Source: Octopus sinensis
Taxonomy: Eukaryota
Reading direction: 5' to 3'
Assembly: GCF_006345805.1 (NCBI RefSeq)
Contig: NC_043000.1
Location: 62,496,001-62,560,000, forward strand
DNA length: 64,000 bases
In this document: piece after piece, positions 25,739-38,345 of the stretch
How positions within the stretch are numbered: position 1 is the stretch's first letter
Layout of the letters: each line of letters opens with the position of its first letter
Made by a program: the position numbers and the translations under genes
Notes under the pieces: generated by a model
What the model was told of the DNA's origin: nothing
Database searches by the model: none
Seen by the model: the letters and a program-made list of their open reading frames with translations, nothing else

Positions 25739-26255
25739 CTAGCAGTATCGCCCGGCGTTGCTCGGGTTTGTAAGGGAAATAACTATATAAGCATTTTTAG
25801 AGAGTTACTTCCTTTATAGATGCCAATTCGGGCTTTCTTAGCCATTTCTGTTTTGGTGTCTTCAAGGCATGAAGTCGTTGTTCTAAAAGAACGCTGGTCT
25901 CCTTGACAACGCATTACGACGTTGATTTACTTAAACTCCCTTCCCCACAGCTTCACGAGGGAGGGAAGAAGGGGGAGAAGCAAACACAGGTGCAGGTGTT
26001 TGAGCGTGGACGCCAACTCCGCCGCCATCGACACACGAAAAATTATGCATTAAAATGGAATAAAAAATGATGTTAAATTATTTTTAAAATCGTAGCCTCA
26101 TCGTAGACGCGCGCTAATAGCCAGACGGGCTCGATATGAATCACGACTATAAGATACCCGAATTTGGTTAAACTGCACCGCAAAATGTGGGAGGAGTTAG
26201 GAATCTAAATCGTAGGAGACAGACACTCACACGACTACAGTTTTATATATATAGA
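25739..26255 (-). mobile_element. Non-autonomous Helitron, 517 bp
   Basis: Minus: A|TCTATATATATAAAACTG...CCCG-AGCAACGC-CGGG-CGATACTG-CTAG|T (5' TC, subterminal hairpin, 3' CTAG, AT target); second copy at 43434-43950. Confidence 0.85.
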
Positions 26256-26418
26256 TATATGTTTACATATATACATATATGTTCATACATATATATGTAT
26301 ATACATATGCATATATGGGCACAGGACGTCACAGAATGTAAACAACATCAAATACGAAAACAACGGAAAATACGAAATACGAACTTTATTTTGCAACCAA
26401 TAGCGTGAACAGGATAAA

Positions 26419-26490
26419 TCTATATATATAAAACTGTAGTTGTGTGAGTGTCTGTCCCCTTCGATTTAGATTCCTAACTACTCCCACATA
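26419..26490 (+). mobile_element. 5'-end fragment of the same Helitron family, head-to-head with 25739-26255
   Basis: A|TCTATATATATAAAACTGTAGTTGTGTGAGTGTCTG...CTCCCACAT. Confidence 0.75.
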
Positions 26491-26566
26491 TTTAGGCTTA
26501 TGTATATATATATATATATATAGATGTTTATATATGTGTTTATATACGCGTGTTTATATATATATA

Positions 26567-26597
<31 letters not shown>

Positions 26598-26600
<3 letters not shown>

Positions 26601-26833
26601 CGCCTGCTTAATCTATTCTAACTATATTTTCTACTTTCATGTTACTCCTTATATTTTCTATGTTAATATTCTATACGTTTATCATCTATGTTTTAATATA
26701 AATATGTGGTTATTTGAATTGAATAATATCACGTCATACATCTGAATTGTGTAAATGTTTAAGACAAATATCTGAAATGTTTATCTTATGCATATATATA
26801 TATATGTGTGTGTGTGTGTCTGTGTGTGAGTTT

Positions 26834-26932
<99 letters not shown>

Positions 26933-27150
26933 CCTCCTTAATCCATTCTAACTATATTTACTACTTGCATGTTACACCTTGTATTTTGTATCTCTGTAGT
27001 CTTATATTTTAATATTTTAATATTTTAATCATCTCTGTCTGAATATAGATATATGGCAATTTCAATGGAATAATATCGCATGTCATACATCTGAATTGTG
27101 AATTTACTTGTCTGAATGTCTATGATAAATATCTGAAATTTTATCTTATA
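26598..27150. repeat. Diverged direct duplication separated by (TA)n
   Basis: TATCGCCTGCTTAATCTATTCTAAC...GTCATACATCTGAATTGTG (about 26598-26790) vs TATCGCCTCCTTAATCCATTCTAAC...GTCATACATCTGAATTGTG (about 26928-27150). Confidence 0.75.
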
Positions 27151-27237
27151 CCAAATGCTCTTGAGAACATTTCATAGTGGTAAGACCATAGCGGATCTAT
27201 TTCTAACATAAGAGTGTCCACATAGTGGTTCCTTCTA

Positions 27238-27335
<98 letters not shown>

Positions 27336-27399
27336 ATATATATATCAACATACACTCAAACACACACACACACATATATATTATATACATATATGAACA

Positions 27400-27652
27400 T
27401 AAAATTACAGAATCATTTGGGGTACATAACTTTCGCAAGCCAGTGGGACGTCGAAACTGACATTTCAGAGTTCTTCGCTTTGAAACTGAAAGAGTTTTAC
27501 ATTGATGGGATTAAAAAGCTTGTAAATAGAAGGAAGGAAGTCATAGATAATCAGGGAAAGTACATTGATGATTAAATTTCAATTAAATATAACATTTGAT
27601 CACTTGCTTTCTTTATTCAAAATTCGGACAAAACTCATAGGATGACCTGTTA
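27400..27652 (+). mobile_element. mariner transposase C-terminal remnant
   Basis: EFFALKLKEFYIDGIKKLVNRRKEVIDNQGKYIDD* fits the mariner C-terminal consensus (FF.SK...FY..GI..L..RW..V....G.Y). Confidence 0.75.
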
Positions 27653-27690
27653 TGTTTATATTTATTTGTATATATGTATATATATATGTC

Positions 27691-27729
<39 letters not shown>

Positions 27730-27818
27730 CATGTATATATATATATATGTTTATATATATGTATGTATATGTATATATATGTTTATATTTATACATTTTA
27801 TATTTATATACATATGTT

Positions 27819-27882
<64 letters not shown>

Positions 27883-29953
27883 TTTATCCATATATGTATG
27901 GATATCATATATATATATTCCGAGTTTCTATATTTCAGTTCTAATATGTTCCCCGAGTTATTAGTTGAAACACCATCAGAGTTTCAAATTTACCGAAGTG
28001 TACAGTCATATGTTTATACTGCATACCACTAAACTGAAATAAAGCTTTTATGGACTTCTATTAACAGCAGGAGTATAGCCTGCAATATCGTTTCTTTGCT
28101 AGACTAAAAACCAACAGTTTCTCGGACATAAAAACTTTAGTACCAATGCAACTGAATGAAGTAATTCCAATGCATTACAAATATTTATTTTATCGACGCA
28201 GGCGAGTGACGGAAAATCTGAGAATAGGGATTAGTTAAGTCTACTTCCTTCAGTGTTCAAATCACGCTAAGGTCTACGTTGCCTTTCTTCCTTTCAGGAT
28301 CGAAAAACTAAGCACCAGTCAACGACTAGAATCAATATTTATTTTATTGAACTCGATGAATGATGAGCAAATTTAATTCTGGTACAGTACAAACAGTGAG
28401 AATTATTGGCTTTAGTGTGAATTTCTCACGTTGAAACCAAGCCAAACTTAGTATGAGAAAGCGACAATCAAGTCGACTACCATACATATCCTTTTATTGA
28501 CCCCTGGATGATGTCCCAACAGGATTTGAACTGCCAACATGATGAAGAAGGCTTTGTATGTTATGAAACAGAATTATGTATTGTAAATTAGTTAGTAATA
28601 GTAAAATTCTTCATGGCTGCTTTAGGAATCTGTAAGAGCAGCCCTAGATACCCATTGCTAAAGAGCTATTGAAGGGAATGAGTGCATGCCGATTATATTT
28701 TACGTCACAAATATGTTAGTCATACTCATTTGTCATGATCAATCATACCCAACTGCAAATAATAAACATTACGATAACTTACGACAAGAAAATAGAGTAT
28801 TTTTGTTGGTTTGTGTGTTTCTACTGTCTGATTGTTTTAATCTAATCAACAATAATGATTTAGAAAAGAGATTAGTTCACCTATGCTCTTTGGCTTCTTT
28901 TCCAATCGTTTGATAACAGATCTAGCATAGTGTCGTGACACTCGGGACTCTGTTCTGATCGATTATAATTATAAAAACAAATACAAAGTAGTTTTGCATA
29001 TTTTGTAGTTCCACCGAAAACAAAACAGAAAAATCGTATGAACTAAAATAAAAAAGAAGAAATATAAAATAGAAAAAGAAAATTCCAACATTAATAGGAT
29101 CGTACGGTGATGTTAAGAAGTCAGTATCGTTTATTATTCGTCACTTTCGAGAGATTTATAAACATTCCATTAATCAGTTATATATTAGATTGGGTACAAA
29201 TTTAATCATATCCATCAAGTTATTAAAAAAAGTATCTTTACAGACATGTCTACAAAATCAAACAAATAGAGAGAGAGAGAGGTGGGGAAAGAGAAAGTAT
29301 ATGTGGGGAGACTGTTTGCACTTCACATGGGCTAAAATGATCAAGTTTTATTAGGCGGAGGCGAAACATTAGCACAAACGGGTCTAATTAATTCATATGC
29401 AGTTTAATGAATGGCTAACACCATGGAGTATATGTAGCGATAATGGTTGTTTGTTGCTCTTAATGCTGTTCTTGTTGTTTTTCCTCTTCCTCTAGGCTTC
29501 TGTTTAACGACATTTAAGGATGTCACGAAAATATTAAATTCCTGCTGGTTTTACTAATTTTAGGATATCATGGAAAAGAATATGTTTTAATGGTTTCTCA
29601 CTGCTTCGATAGAATTTGAAATCAAAGCAAAATTTTCAGAAACTTGGCGTAATTTGCAAAGTATTATAACTGTTTACAGCTGTGTGTTGTACCTACTTAT
29701 GGTTATATCTAACCATCTTAACATTTTTATAAAGCGAAAGAGCTAGCATTAACTAAATGACTTGTCTAAGGATAAACACTGTACAGTTCCGGAAACGTGA
29801 TACAGATCATCATACCTGTGGCTGGTAATCGAACAAACTATTATTTTGAACAGCAGTGCGATTTCCACAACAACATATACGACAAATATAATCAATTCAG
29901 CATATTGTGATCGGTGCAATATGACTACTGTGTGAAGGTATGCATTATGTATA

Positions 29954-30036
<83 letters not shown>

Positions 30037-30049
30037 CATATATATATAC

Positions 30050-30112
<63 letters not shown>

Positions 30113-30219
30113 TATACACACACACATATATATATATATATATCTATATAATATTATAAAGGCTGATGAATGCAAAAAGCATTAATTAATTCCTTACTTC
30201 ATCCGTAATGAACCTAATA

Positions 30220-30398
30220 TTCTTTTACTTATTACAGTCACTAGACTGCAGCCATGCTGGGCTGTGCCTTCAATTTTATAGTCAGATTAATCGACTTATT
30301 CTATCAATCTCTTTACCGAACTGCCAAGTTCCGGGATCACAAACGCACCAACACCAGTTGTCAAGCGGTGGGGTGGGGGGACAAACACTGACACAATG

Positions 30399-30410
<12 letters not shown>
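30220..30410 (-). mobile_element. SINE family B tail segment
   Basis: Homologous to 50630-50835 and 49745-49820. Confidence 0.55.
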
Positions 30411-30435
<25 letters not shown>

Positions 30436-30835
30436 CACGCATATGTATACATATATATATACATGTACATATATACATATATATATACATATACATATAT
30501 TTATACATAGATAAATATATATACATATATGTATATATATATATACATATATACATATATATATATACATATATATATATGTGCATATATATATACATAT
30601 ATATATGCATATATATATACATATATATATACGCATATATATATATGTATAATAATAAATATTAGGGAATAAATCCAAATTTACAGGGAAAAATCAGATT
30701 TAGGATTGAATCCAATTTTATAGTAAAATATTATATTATATTAATTAGAGACAAAACCACTATTATGCAAATCAAACAAAGAAAGACTTAAGCCAATACA
30801 TAAAAAATTTTATATAAATTAAATATAATTAAAAT

Positions 30836-30889
30836 AACCACTACGATCGTTTCGTGTCAGCACTTCTATGAGACATTCTTCAGGTGGTT
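30836..30889 (-). ncRNA. Type I hammerhead ribozyme (left palindrome arm)
   Basis: Reverse complement of 31206-31259. Confidence 0.7.
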
Positions 30890-31205
30890 TCAAAACCTAA
30901 AATATAATCAATATTTTTAAGATATAAGTAATCTATATAATCTAAATAAACATTTACTTATAAAAAACTCTATTATTAAATAAGATTATATCGAAATCGA
31001 CTATAATGTTAAATATTAACTTTAATTTATAAGGTAGAAAATCCATATTCTAATATCCAATTTAGTCTATATCTACTTATAAATTAAAGTTAATATCTAA
31101 CATTATAGTCGATTTCGATATAATCTTATTTAATAATAGAGTTTTTTATTTAGATTATATAGATTATTTATATCTTAAAAATATTGATTATATTTTAGGT
31201 TTTGA

Positions 31206-31259
31206 AACCACCTGAAGAATGTCTCATAGAAGTGCTGACACGAAACGATCGTAGTGGTT
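31206..31259 (+). ncRNA. Type I hammerhead ribozyme (right palindrome arm)
   Basis: AACCAC CTGAAGA A-TGTC-TCATAGAAGTGCT-GACA-C GAAA CGATCG TA GTGGTT; 6-bp stem I, palindromic ACGATCGT stem III, GUA triplet, A.C mismatch closing stem II. Confidence 0.7.
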
Positions 31260-31432
31260 ATTTTAATTATATTTAATTTATATTAATTTTTTTATGTATT
31301 GGCTTAAGTCTTTCTTTGTTTGATTTGCATAATAGTGGTTTTGTCTCTAATTAATATAATATATATATGTATATATATATATATATATATGTATATTTAT
31401 GTATATATACATATATATATATATATAATATA

Positions 31433-31469
<37 letters not shown>

Positions 31470-31557
31470 AATCCAAACGGGAAACAAAAAAACAACAACA
31501 ATGGAACAATTACAGTATTATTATTAATAGGCGCTCAGGAAATGGAAGCAGGGAGGT

Positions 31558-31594
31558 ATGACGTTTCGAGCGGAGCTCTTCGTCGGAAACATAA
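31558..31594 (-). ncRNA. Divergent hammerhead-like motif (U4C, poor stem I)
   Basis: Minus: TATGTTT CCGACGA A GAGC TCC GCTC GAAA CGT C ATA. Confidence 0.3.
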
Positions 31595-31743
31595 AGAAGG
31601 AAGAGAGAGGAAAGAAAGATCCCAGAGCGGGCAACAGGGAAAGAGAAAAAAGACGACTGGTATATATGCATATATATACATATATATACATGTATATATA
31701 TACATATACACATATATACATATATATATACATACATATATAG

Positions 31744-31792
<49 letters not shown>

Positions 31793-32702
31793 AAGCATAT
31801 ATATATATAAAGTAAACAGAAAATGGCGAAATATTGATCAGTAACAATTAACTAACATCGATTATTACTTTTATGATATAAATAGACTTTGTCCTATCTA
31901 ACATCATATTTTCTAACTCATCCGATCTGTAACATGGAGCTTCATCAGAATGAAGAAAAATACATAAAAGAATAGAAAAGAAAAGAAAAGAAAAGAAAAG
32001 AAGAGCCTCGGGGAGAAGAAGAAAGACTTAATATACCATTTTGCATATGTTACGCTTCAGGACGGCGAGTTTATGACTAAACTTAAAATATAAATTGGTG
32101 GGTTAATTTTTCTGTAAGTGTAACAGGGTGTAGTAAAAATGTAAAATGAAAACTTTACCATAACGGTATACACCAGTAGGTCTAGAAAATGAAGTGATAG
32201 TACCATAACGTTTAGAAGTAATCATAATAGTTCTTATGATTATATCAATAGTACTGATTAATAGTCTATCCTAATAAAATGCCCATCTATTAATTACAAT
32301 TATTTATTTACTGATATGTTGTAAAATACCAACCACCTATTTCCCGTAATGGGATTGACCAAAGTCCAGCTTTCTATATAATTGGTCAGTTAAATTTAAA
32401 ACAAAGGGCAGGCTATTGAGGCTGTTATACGGGTAGATGTAAATAGATGAATAAAAAAAGTATGGAGTAGTGTATGTTGTAAATAGCACAAAACCGCTTA
32501 GGATATTGTAAATAAAAACAAACATTAAGCAAGTACAATGCGAAGGAATGAACAACGCCTGCAGTGTCATTAAAACCTAGAGAGGTTCCTATTTGGACCA
32601 TTGTGAGTTAAGGCGGCTGGTGGGGAAGGGGGAAGATTGGACAATAACAACATAATAATATATTCTAAGTGTGATTGAGCAAACTGTAGCTATTACTTTT
32701 TT

Positions 32703-32851
32703 CAGTTTTTATCTACCAAATTCACTCATAAGGATTTGGCCGGCCAGAGGCTATAATACAAGACACTTGCCGAAGGTGCCACGCAGTGGAACTGAACCCG
32801 GAACCCTGTGGTTGGGAAGCATGCTTCTTACCACACAGCCACGCCTGCGCC
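32703..32851 (-). mobile_element. SINE family B head
   Basis: Reverse complement of GGCGCAGGCGTGGCTGTGTGGTAAGAAGC...GGCACCTTCGGCAAGTGTC. Confidence 0.75.
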
Positions 32852-33503
32852 TAAGAGTGAAAAAAACTTAATAGCAAGAATTTTAATATGAACAATACGA
32901 AAATTGTAACGAAAATCCTAGGAACACACAATACCGGAATAGAAATAATGATACACAGTGATGTTGAAATCGGTGAATGAACTTTTAATAGGTTAAAGAT
33001 ATTTTTGCAGTTGTTAAATTTGTTGATTGAATACCATTTGATGCTTGGGGTCTTATTTTTCTCGTCATTATATTTAATTTCAATAAGATTAATCTCGTTA
33101 ATCTCAAAAGTATTACTATTACCCGGTAAGGCTGATTTCAAATGAACAAATAAATTGTTTGACGCATTAGAAAATAGAATAATTACTCTTCTGTCCTATC
33201 CAGCTGGAAATCAAGCAAAAAAAGTAAATCACGATCCGTGTTACAAGACGTTCGCTTAAAATACTTAATTCGTAGTAATTTACGCTTTTACATACACGTA
33301 TTACCAAACCTCTAACAGATTTGAATCCTCAATCCGTAATACACATAACTGCCAGAGCATATATAATGTTTCAGAGTAAATTTTACATTCACAGATAATT
33401 CGTATTAAAACAAAATATTGCATAAATATAAGGGGTTTTTTTAAATCCTAATTATTTATATTTCACTTAATATGCTTGATTTCAGTTACATCTTGAAATA
33501 TTA

Positions 33504-34712
33504 TATTGGGTTGGCAACTAACTTACAGTAGTTTTTTTTTAATATTTTTTAAAAGGTTTAATAAAAAGTAACAACTAATTAATATTAATGTATTCACCCT
33601 TGTTGTTTACAACTTCTTCCCAACGTTCCACAAGATTTTCAATACCTAGTTGGTAGAAATCACCCGATTTCGACTCGAAAAATTGTTCCAACCAAGCTCT
33701 CAATTCTACATCAGTATTGAACAAAACTCCGCGCATAGCATTTGAAAGAGATCGAAAGAGGTGGAAATCCGTTGGTGCCAAATCAGGAGAGTACGGCGGG
33801 TGTGGCATCACTTCCCAGCCATGTGTATGAATGGCTTCCTTGGTCATATTGGCGATATGAGGGCGGGTGTTGTTGTGCAACAAAAGAACTCCATACTGCT
33901 GATTAGGTCTTTTCTCTTGAATAGCCGTGTTGAGTTGTTCGACTTGTTAAACATAGAGTTCCGCGTTGACCGTTTGGTTCGTTCAAGTAATTCGTAATGG
34001 ATAATCCTTTCCCAGTCCCACCATACGCACAACATCGTTTTACGCGGATGAAGATCTTGTTTCATGCGCGGTGTCGCTTGTTTACCAGGGCTAAGACATT
34101 CCTTATGCTAATTCATATTGATGTGCAGTCACCATTTTTCGTCGCCAGTAACGATTCAGTAAAGAAATCGTTGCTTGTGTCCATGAGTTGAGCGGTGACG
34201 AGCAAGCAAACCAGCGGAGATTGTGGCTCGTTGACTTTTGTTGTTGTCAGTTAAAGCATGTGGAGCCCATACTGCATACTTCCATCGAGTGAAGATGCTT
34301 CTCTATAGCAGTGTGGGAGCATTCCATTTTCTCTGCCAGTTCCCTTGTTTGACGAGAATCTTCTTACAAAAGTTGGTTTAATCGCTCTGGACGGCCAGAA
34401 CGAGGTGCGTCTTTGAGGTCAAAATTTCTATTTTTGAACTTGGCATACCAATCACGAGCGGTTCTTTCAACTATGGCACCCTCTCCATACACAGCACAAA
34501 TGTGACGAGCAGCTTTTTCGGTCTTAAAACCTTGATTAAAAGCAAAAAGAAGGTGTCAAAAATGTTCGTTTTTCTTTCCATTTTAATGTTCTGAAAGTAA
34601 ACAAAAAATTTACTACAATTAACTAGAATAAAACAAAATAGATTCCAAAATGATTCAAAAAATTGATTCCAAAATTTTAAAAAACGGCGGGAACTTAGTT
34701 GCCAATCCAATA
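33504..34712 (-). mobile_element. Full-length but frameshifted mariner (DD34D) element
   Basis: TIRs TATTGG(G/A)TTGGCAACTAA, TA TSD at 33502-33503 and 34713-34714; motifs VTGDEKW, KTMLCVWWD, LHNNTRPH, HPPYSPDLAPTDFHLF. Confidence 0.92.
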
Positions 34713-35075
34713 TATCAAATCAAATGCTTCTTAGGGAGAAATAAACAACATAGAACAGAACCGAGAGAGTTAGCTGATATAAATTTTAAATTTGTTATTT
34801 TAATGAGTGAAAAACATTGTATGCTATTTACGTATATCGAGATATAAAATGTAAAAGTAAACTGCTGAATGTTACAATACATGAATTTTCCATTATTCCA
34901 CTCAACATCTGAGTGGAAAGACATAGTATCGATAAAATAAAAGCCAGTATTAGTCTGACTATGCTTCAGTCAATCATTATCTCTTTCCTACAATCAATTA
35001 ACAGTGTATACCTGAATGAGGAATCAATATTTAGAAATAATTAGACAATATTTTACGTTAATATAAATGCTAAAT

Positions 35076-35109
35076 TAACTGATATTTGTTTCTCTCTTTA
35101 TAATTTCAG
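35076..35109 (+). promoter_or_regulatory. 3' splice acceptor (branch-like TAACTGAT, pyrimidine tract, CAG) just upstream of the neuropeptide ORF
   Basis: TAACTGATATTTGTTTCTCTCTTTATAATTTCAG|AATCATG; implies an upstream non-coding exon. Confidence 0.75.
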
Positions 35110-35113
35110 AATC

Positions 35114-35518
35114 ATGAATCGTTGCATTAAAGTTGGAATTGCGTTCGTGTTGCTTTACATCACTTTAGCAAATTTCACAACGGCATCAAATTTCGAAAAT
35201 TCAGGACTGAGCACCACACTATCTAAATATAAAAAAATGACGAAAGTTTTACAAAAGCGAAATGGTGGTCTTCTTGATCATGTGCTGAGTGATCGACAGT
35301 TTCTTTCGCCACACCTCCAAAGCAAAAGGATCAATTTGGAGACAAGAGATAACGGCTATGCGAATGCAGAAGACGATGGCAACAAAAGACGTGGTGCATG
35401 GTATTATGATTATGGCCTAGGAGGTGGACGCTTTGGAAAACGAGATTATGACGAATATGGCCTCGGGGGAGGAAGATTTGGTCGAGATGTTGATCACGTG
35501 GATATGTCAGACGCTTAA
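35114..35518 (+). CDS. CCK: Cholecystokinin/sulfakinin-type neuropeptide precursor (molluscan GGGRF-amide type), 134 aa
   Basis: N-terminal hydrophobic signal peptide (about aa 1-24); KR/KRR sites; GAWYYDYGLGGGRF-G-KR and DYDEYGLGGGRF-G-R, matching the molluscan CCK/SK (Y)DYG(L/I)GGGRF-amide motif recalled from oyster and Aplysia. Confidence 0.92.
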   Translation: MNRCIKVGIAFVLLYITLANFTTASNFENSGLSTTLSKYKKMTKVLQKRNGGLLDHVLSDRQFLSPHLQSKRINLETRDNGYANAEDDGNKRRGAWYYDYGLGGGRFGKRDYDEYGLGGGRFGRDVDHVDMSDA

Positions 35519-35549
35519 GCTACAACAAAATGTTTCAAAAGATAAACTA

Positions 35550-36119
35550 AATAAAATTTCCAGATTCAAGCTAACAAAATTGTAATTTTTTGTCTAATAT
35601 GTTATGGAAACAAAATGAAATTGCAAAACCTAGTTTTATAAATGTTGGTATTCATTTAGGCAGTTAGGAAGGATATTAATTGCCTAATTAAGAAGAAAAT
35701 GACAACAGTAAAAGAACACACTTTATTGAAATATTAAAGTTTTAGTTTTGCAGTTTAATAAATTTAGAGAGAAGGATAATAAAACGAAATACGTCTTTTT
35801 CTCTTTACTCAGTTTCCTTCTCTCTTTATGGTTTCACTGAAATTATTACTGGTACCACTTCTACATTCCAGCACTTCTAGTGGGCAGAAGGTCTTTTTTT
35901 GTTACAAGAATTCAAGTAGGAAGGCAATTGTTCAAATAAAAGTATTTAAGGAATTATCGCAGTAATGATCTTCATGAATATTTTTGTCATAATTTAAAAC
36001 ACACATTTCATTTGTGAAACAATACTAAAACATTAAATTATTTTGAAAACAAAATGAATAATAAATTATGAAACATTCTAAAAGCTCTGTTTTAACTCTT
36101 CTAAGTTGTGTACAATAAA
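35550..36119 (+). promoter_or_regulatory. Candidate polyadenylation signals in the 3' UTR
   Basis: AATAAA at 35550, 35935 and 36114; which one is used cannot be told in such AT-rich DNA. Confidence 0.3.
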
Positions 36120-37619
36120 TTGATCCACAAAACTTGAAATTTAATTGCTATTTCTCTATCCATCCATATTCACCATCCACGTATTTTTGTGAGGTTCACG
36201 GTGTAGAGTCCAGTGACAAATTTTTCAGAGAGTCCTTCTATCCGAACCAGCCATCGGCAAATGAGCTGACTGAATCCCTAAGTGAAACTGACTTACGCTT
36301 TGGATATTTTTCAACTGTCTTGCTTATGGTCTACCTCCATGTCATGAGCAGTTGATAGTGTCTGAAATAAAATGCAAACGCGAATGCAAACGACAGAAAT
36401 GGGTTTCACCGATTACTGGGATACTGTTGTTCGATGGGGTCGGCGATCAGTGAATCGCTCCAGGTTGACCGCTACTTCTCCGCATTGAGTGGTCACAACT
36501 TAGGTACTTCTGCAATGTGCTTAGAATGTCTGCGGGAAGAATCGCGAAACAATTTTTTCTAGCAATGTTAACCATTAAAATGCGTAAACATTTTTAAAAA
36601 ATTGAATTGTAATGTAGCACGTGTTCCAATAACGAATTCTTTATGGTTTATATTCAATGTAGAAAGCAAATCTAGAGCACATTCTAAATGCATTATAATA
36701 CATATATCGAATAGTGATCGAAGGCCTTTAGAGAACACTTAACGAATTTATAAAACAAGAACTAAATGGGATGGACTAAGTACAGAATATATCTAAAATA
36801 AAGTTGTGAAATTTGTTACTAGAGTGTAATTTACTACCTATCTATTTTGGGAATGATTAGCTTGAACTATAGATTTATATATGACTAACATATAGGAGTA
36901 TATAGTCATATTCAAAAATTTAGTAAGAATCCTGAATTTAAGATATCAAATTTAACAATGGAGAAAATTTATTGCATGCAAAAGTTAAGACTGAGTTTCA
37001 TTAATTAATAGATAAAGAACAGTTACTGTTTGATTAAGTCACTGATCTATCAGAGAATTTATCGAGGGTTGTGAGTCATGTGTCCCACTTCTCCAACTTG
37101 CAGTCAATTCTTTTGATTCTTTTCCAAAAAGATATCTACAATATCTGTCGGATCCTCCTTCACCTACACTTCTCAACCGCGATGATTCTGTACACTTGCG
37201 GCGAAAATTTCCACCATCAGCTGCTCGCTTTGGTGATCAGCTCTACACCATCGGCAAATGGTAGATATGCTCCAAATGTTACATTTTCACTCCACTACAT
37301 ACACATTCCAGTTGCCGAACAACCTTCAGTTACTTCAAACCAACAGGGTCGGCTCTGACAATGTTATTTCCATTCCTATCTTCGGCAAAGTCATAAATCT
37401 GTTACTTGTCACACTCTCTCTCACTCTCTTTCTCTCTTGCTCATTTGTCTCTCTTCCTCTCTCTCGCTTTCTATCTCACTCTTTCTCCCCTCTTTACCTT
37501 TCACCCATTTGCCTCTCTTCTTCTCACACTCTCTCTCTCTCGCTTTCTACCTCACTCTTTCTCCCTTCTTTCTCTGTCTTTTCTGTCACCCTTTCCAATA
37601 ATCCTGTCTACCTCACTTT

Positions 37620-38345
37620 CAATACCTCCAAAATGACTAGGTCAACTAACAATAAACTTTTCTAACACCTTGAATGTTTTTTCCATATTTAAGGACCATC
37701 AATATAGCTTTCGTGGACCTAGTTCCACTGGTGACTTGCACTTTTAAATCACTCGTCAGTGGTCCCTTGCTCTCGAAAATTTAATGAAAACATTGTTGGG
37801 GAACATAATATTAGCAAAGCATTCGGCCATATCTGGCAAGCAAATTTCCAAGGAAAACTTCCTGTCTACGGGCTGCATTCGTCTCTTGTACCAGAAATCG
37901 ATGGCTTTTTTTTTTATCAAATTGTACAACCGAGCCACCGAAACGTGTGCAGATGGAATTTTTCTAACCCATACTTTGTTCACTAAGATGTTTCCCAAGT
38001 TCGGTTATGGCTTTTACATACTCTTCATTTTATATATTAACTACCTATTGCCATCACACCTAATCACAGGCACTCCTATGCAGGTGATATCACATGCTTC
38101 TCCTCTTGTCTTCTATACAGTGTCTACCCTCACCTTCAGTTTCCACACTTACCACTATACTCATTCCTTTTTCTATAAAACATCAACCCTCTGGAATTCC
38201 GTCTCAGCATATATTTTTTCTTGAAGCAATTAGATAAAAGATACTCGGGAGAAACATTAATTGCGTAGGTGCCTCCAGTGTCAAAAGGGTCTGCAAAGGC
38301 CATGAACACAATGCCTTCCCCAAAGCAGTCCATTAAATAAATAAA
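37620..38345 (+). mobile_element. Degenerate CR1/Jockey-group LINE RT remnant
   Basis: ISKAFGHIWQANFQGKLPVYGLHSSL resembles the RT motif (D.SKAFD.VWH..LL.KL...G); related piece at 46690-46960 (SVLSTKLFLLYINNL). Confidence 0.65.

Larger units (their letters stand above)
30732..31363. repeat. Near-perfect palindrome of about 630 bp (arms 30732-31038 and 31072-31363, 33-bp spacer), PLE pLTR-like
   Basis: Arms match by eye apart from a few substitutions and one indel of about 14 nt; each arm holds a hammerhead. Confidence 0.95.

Noticed and set aside
36130-37400. Possible Tc1-like remnants downstream of the CCK gene
   Set aside because: No diagnostic motif or TIR could be read with confidence.
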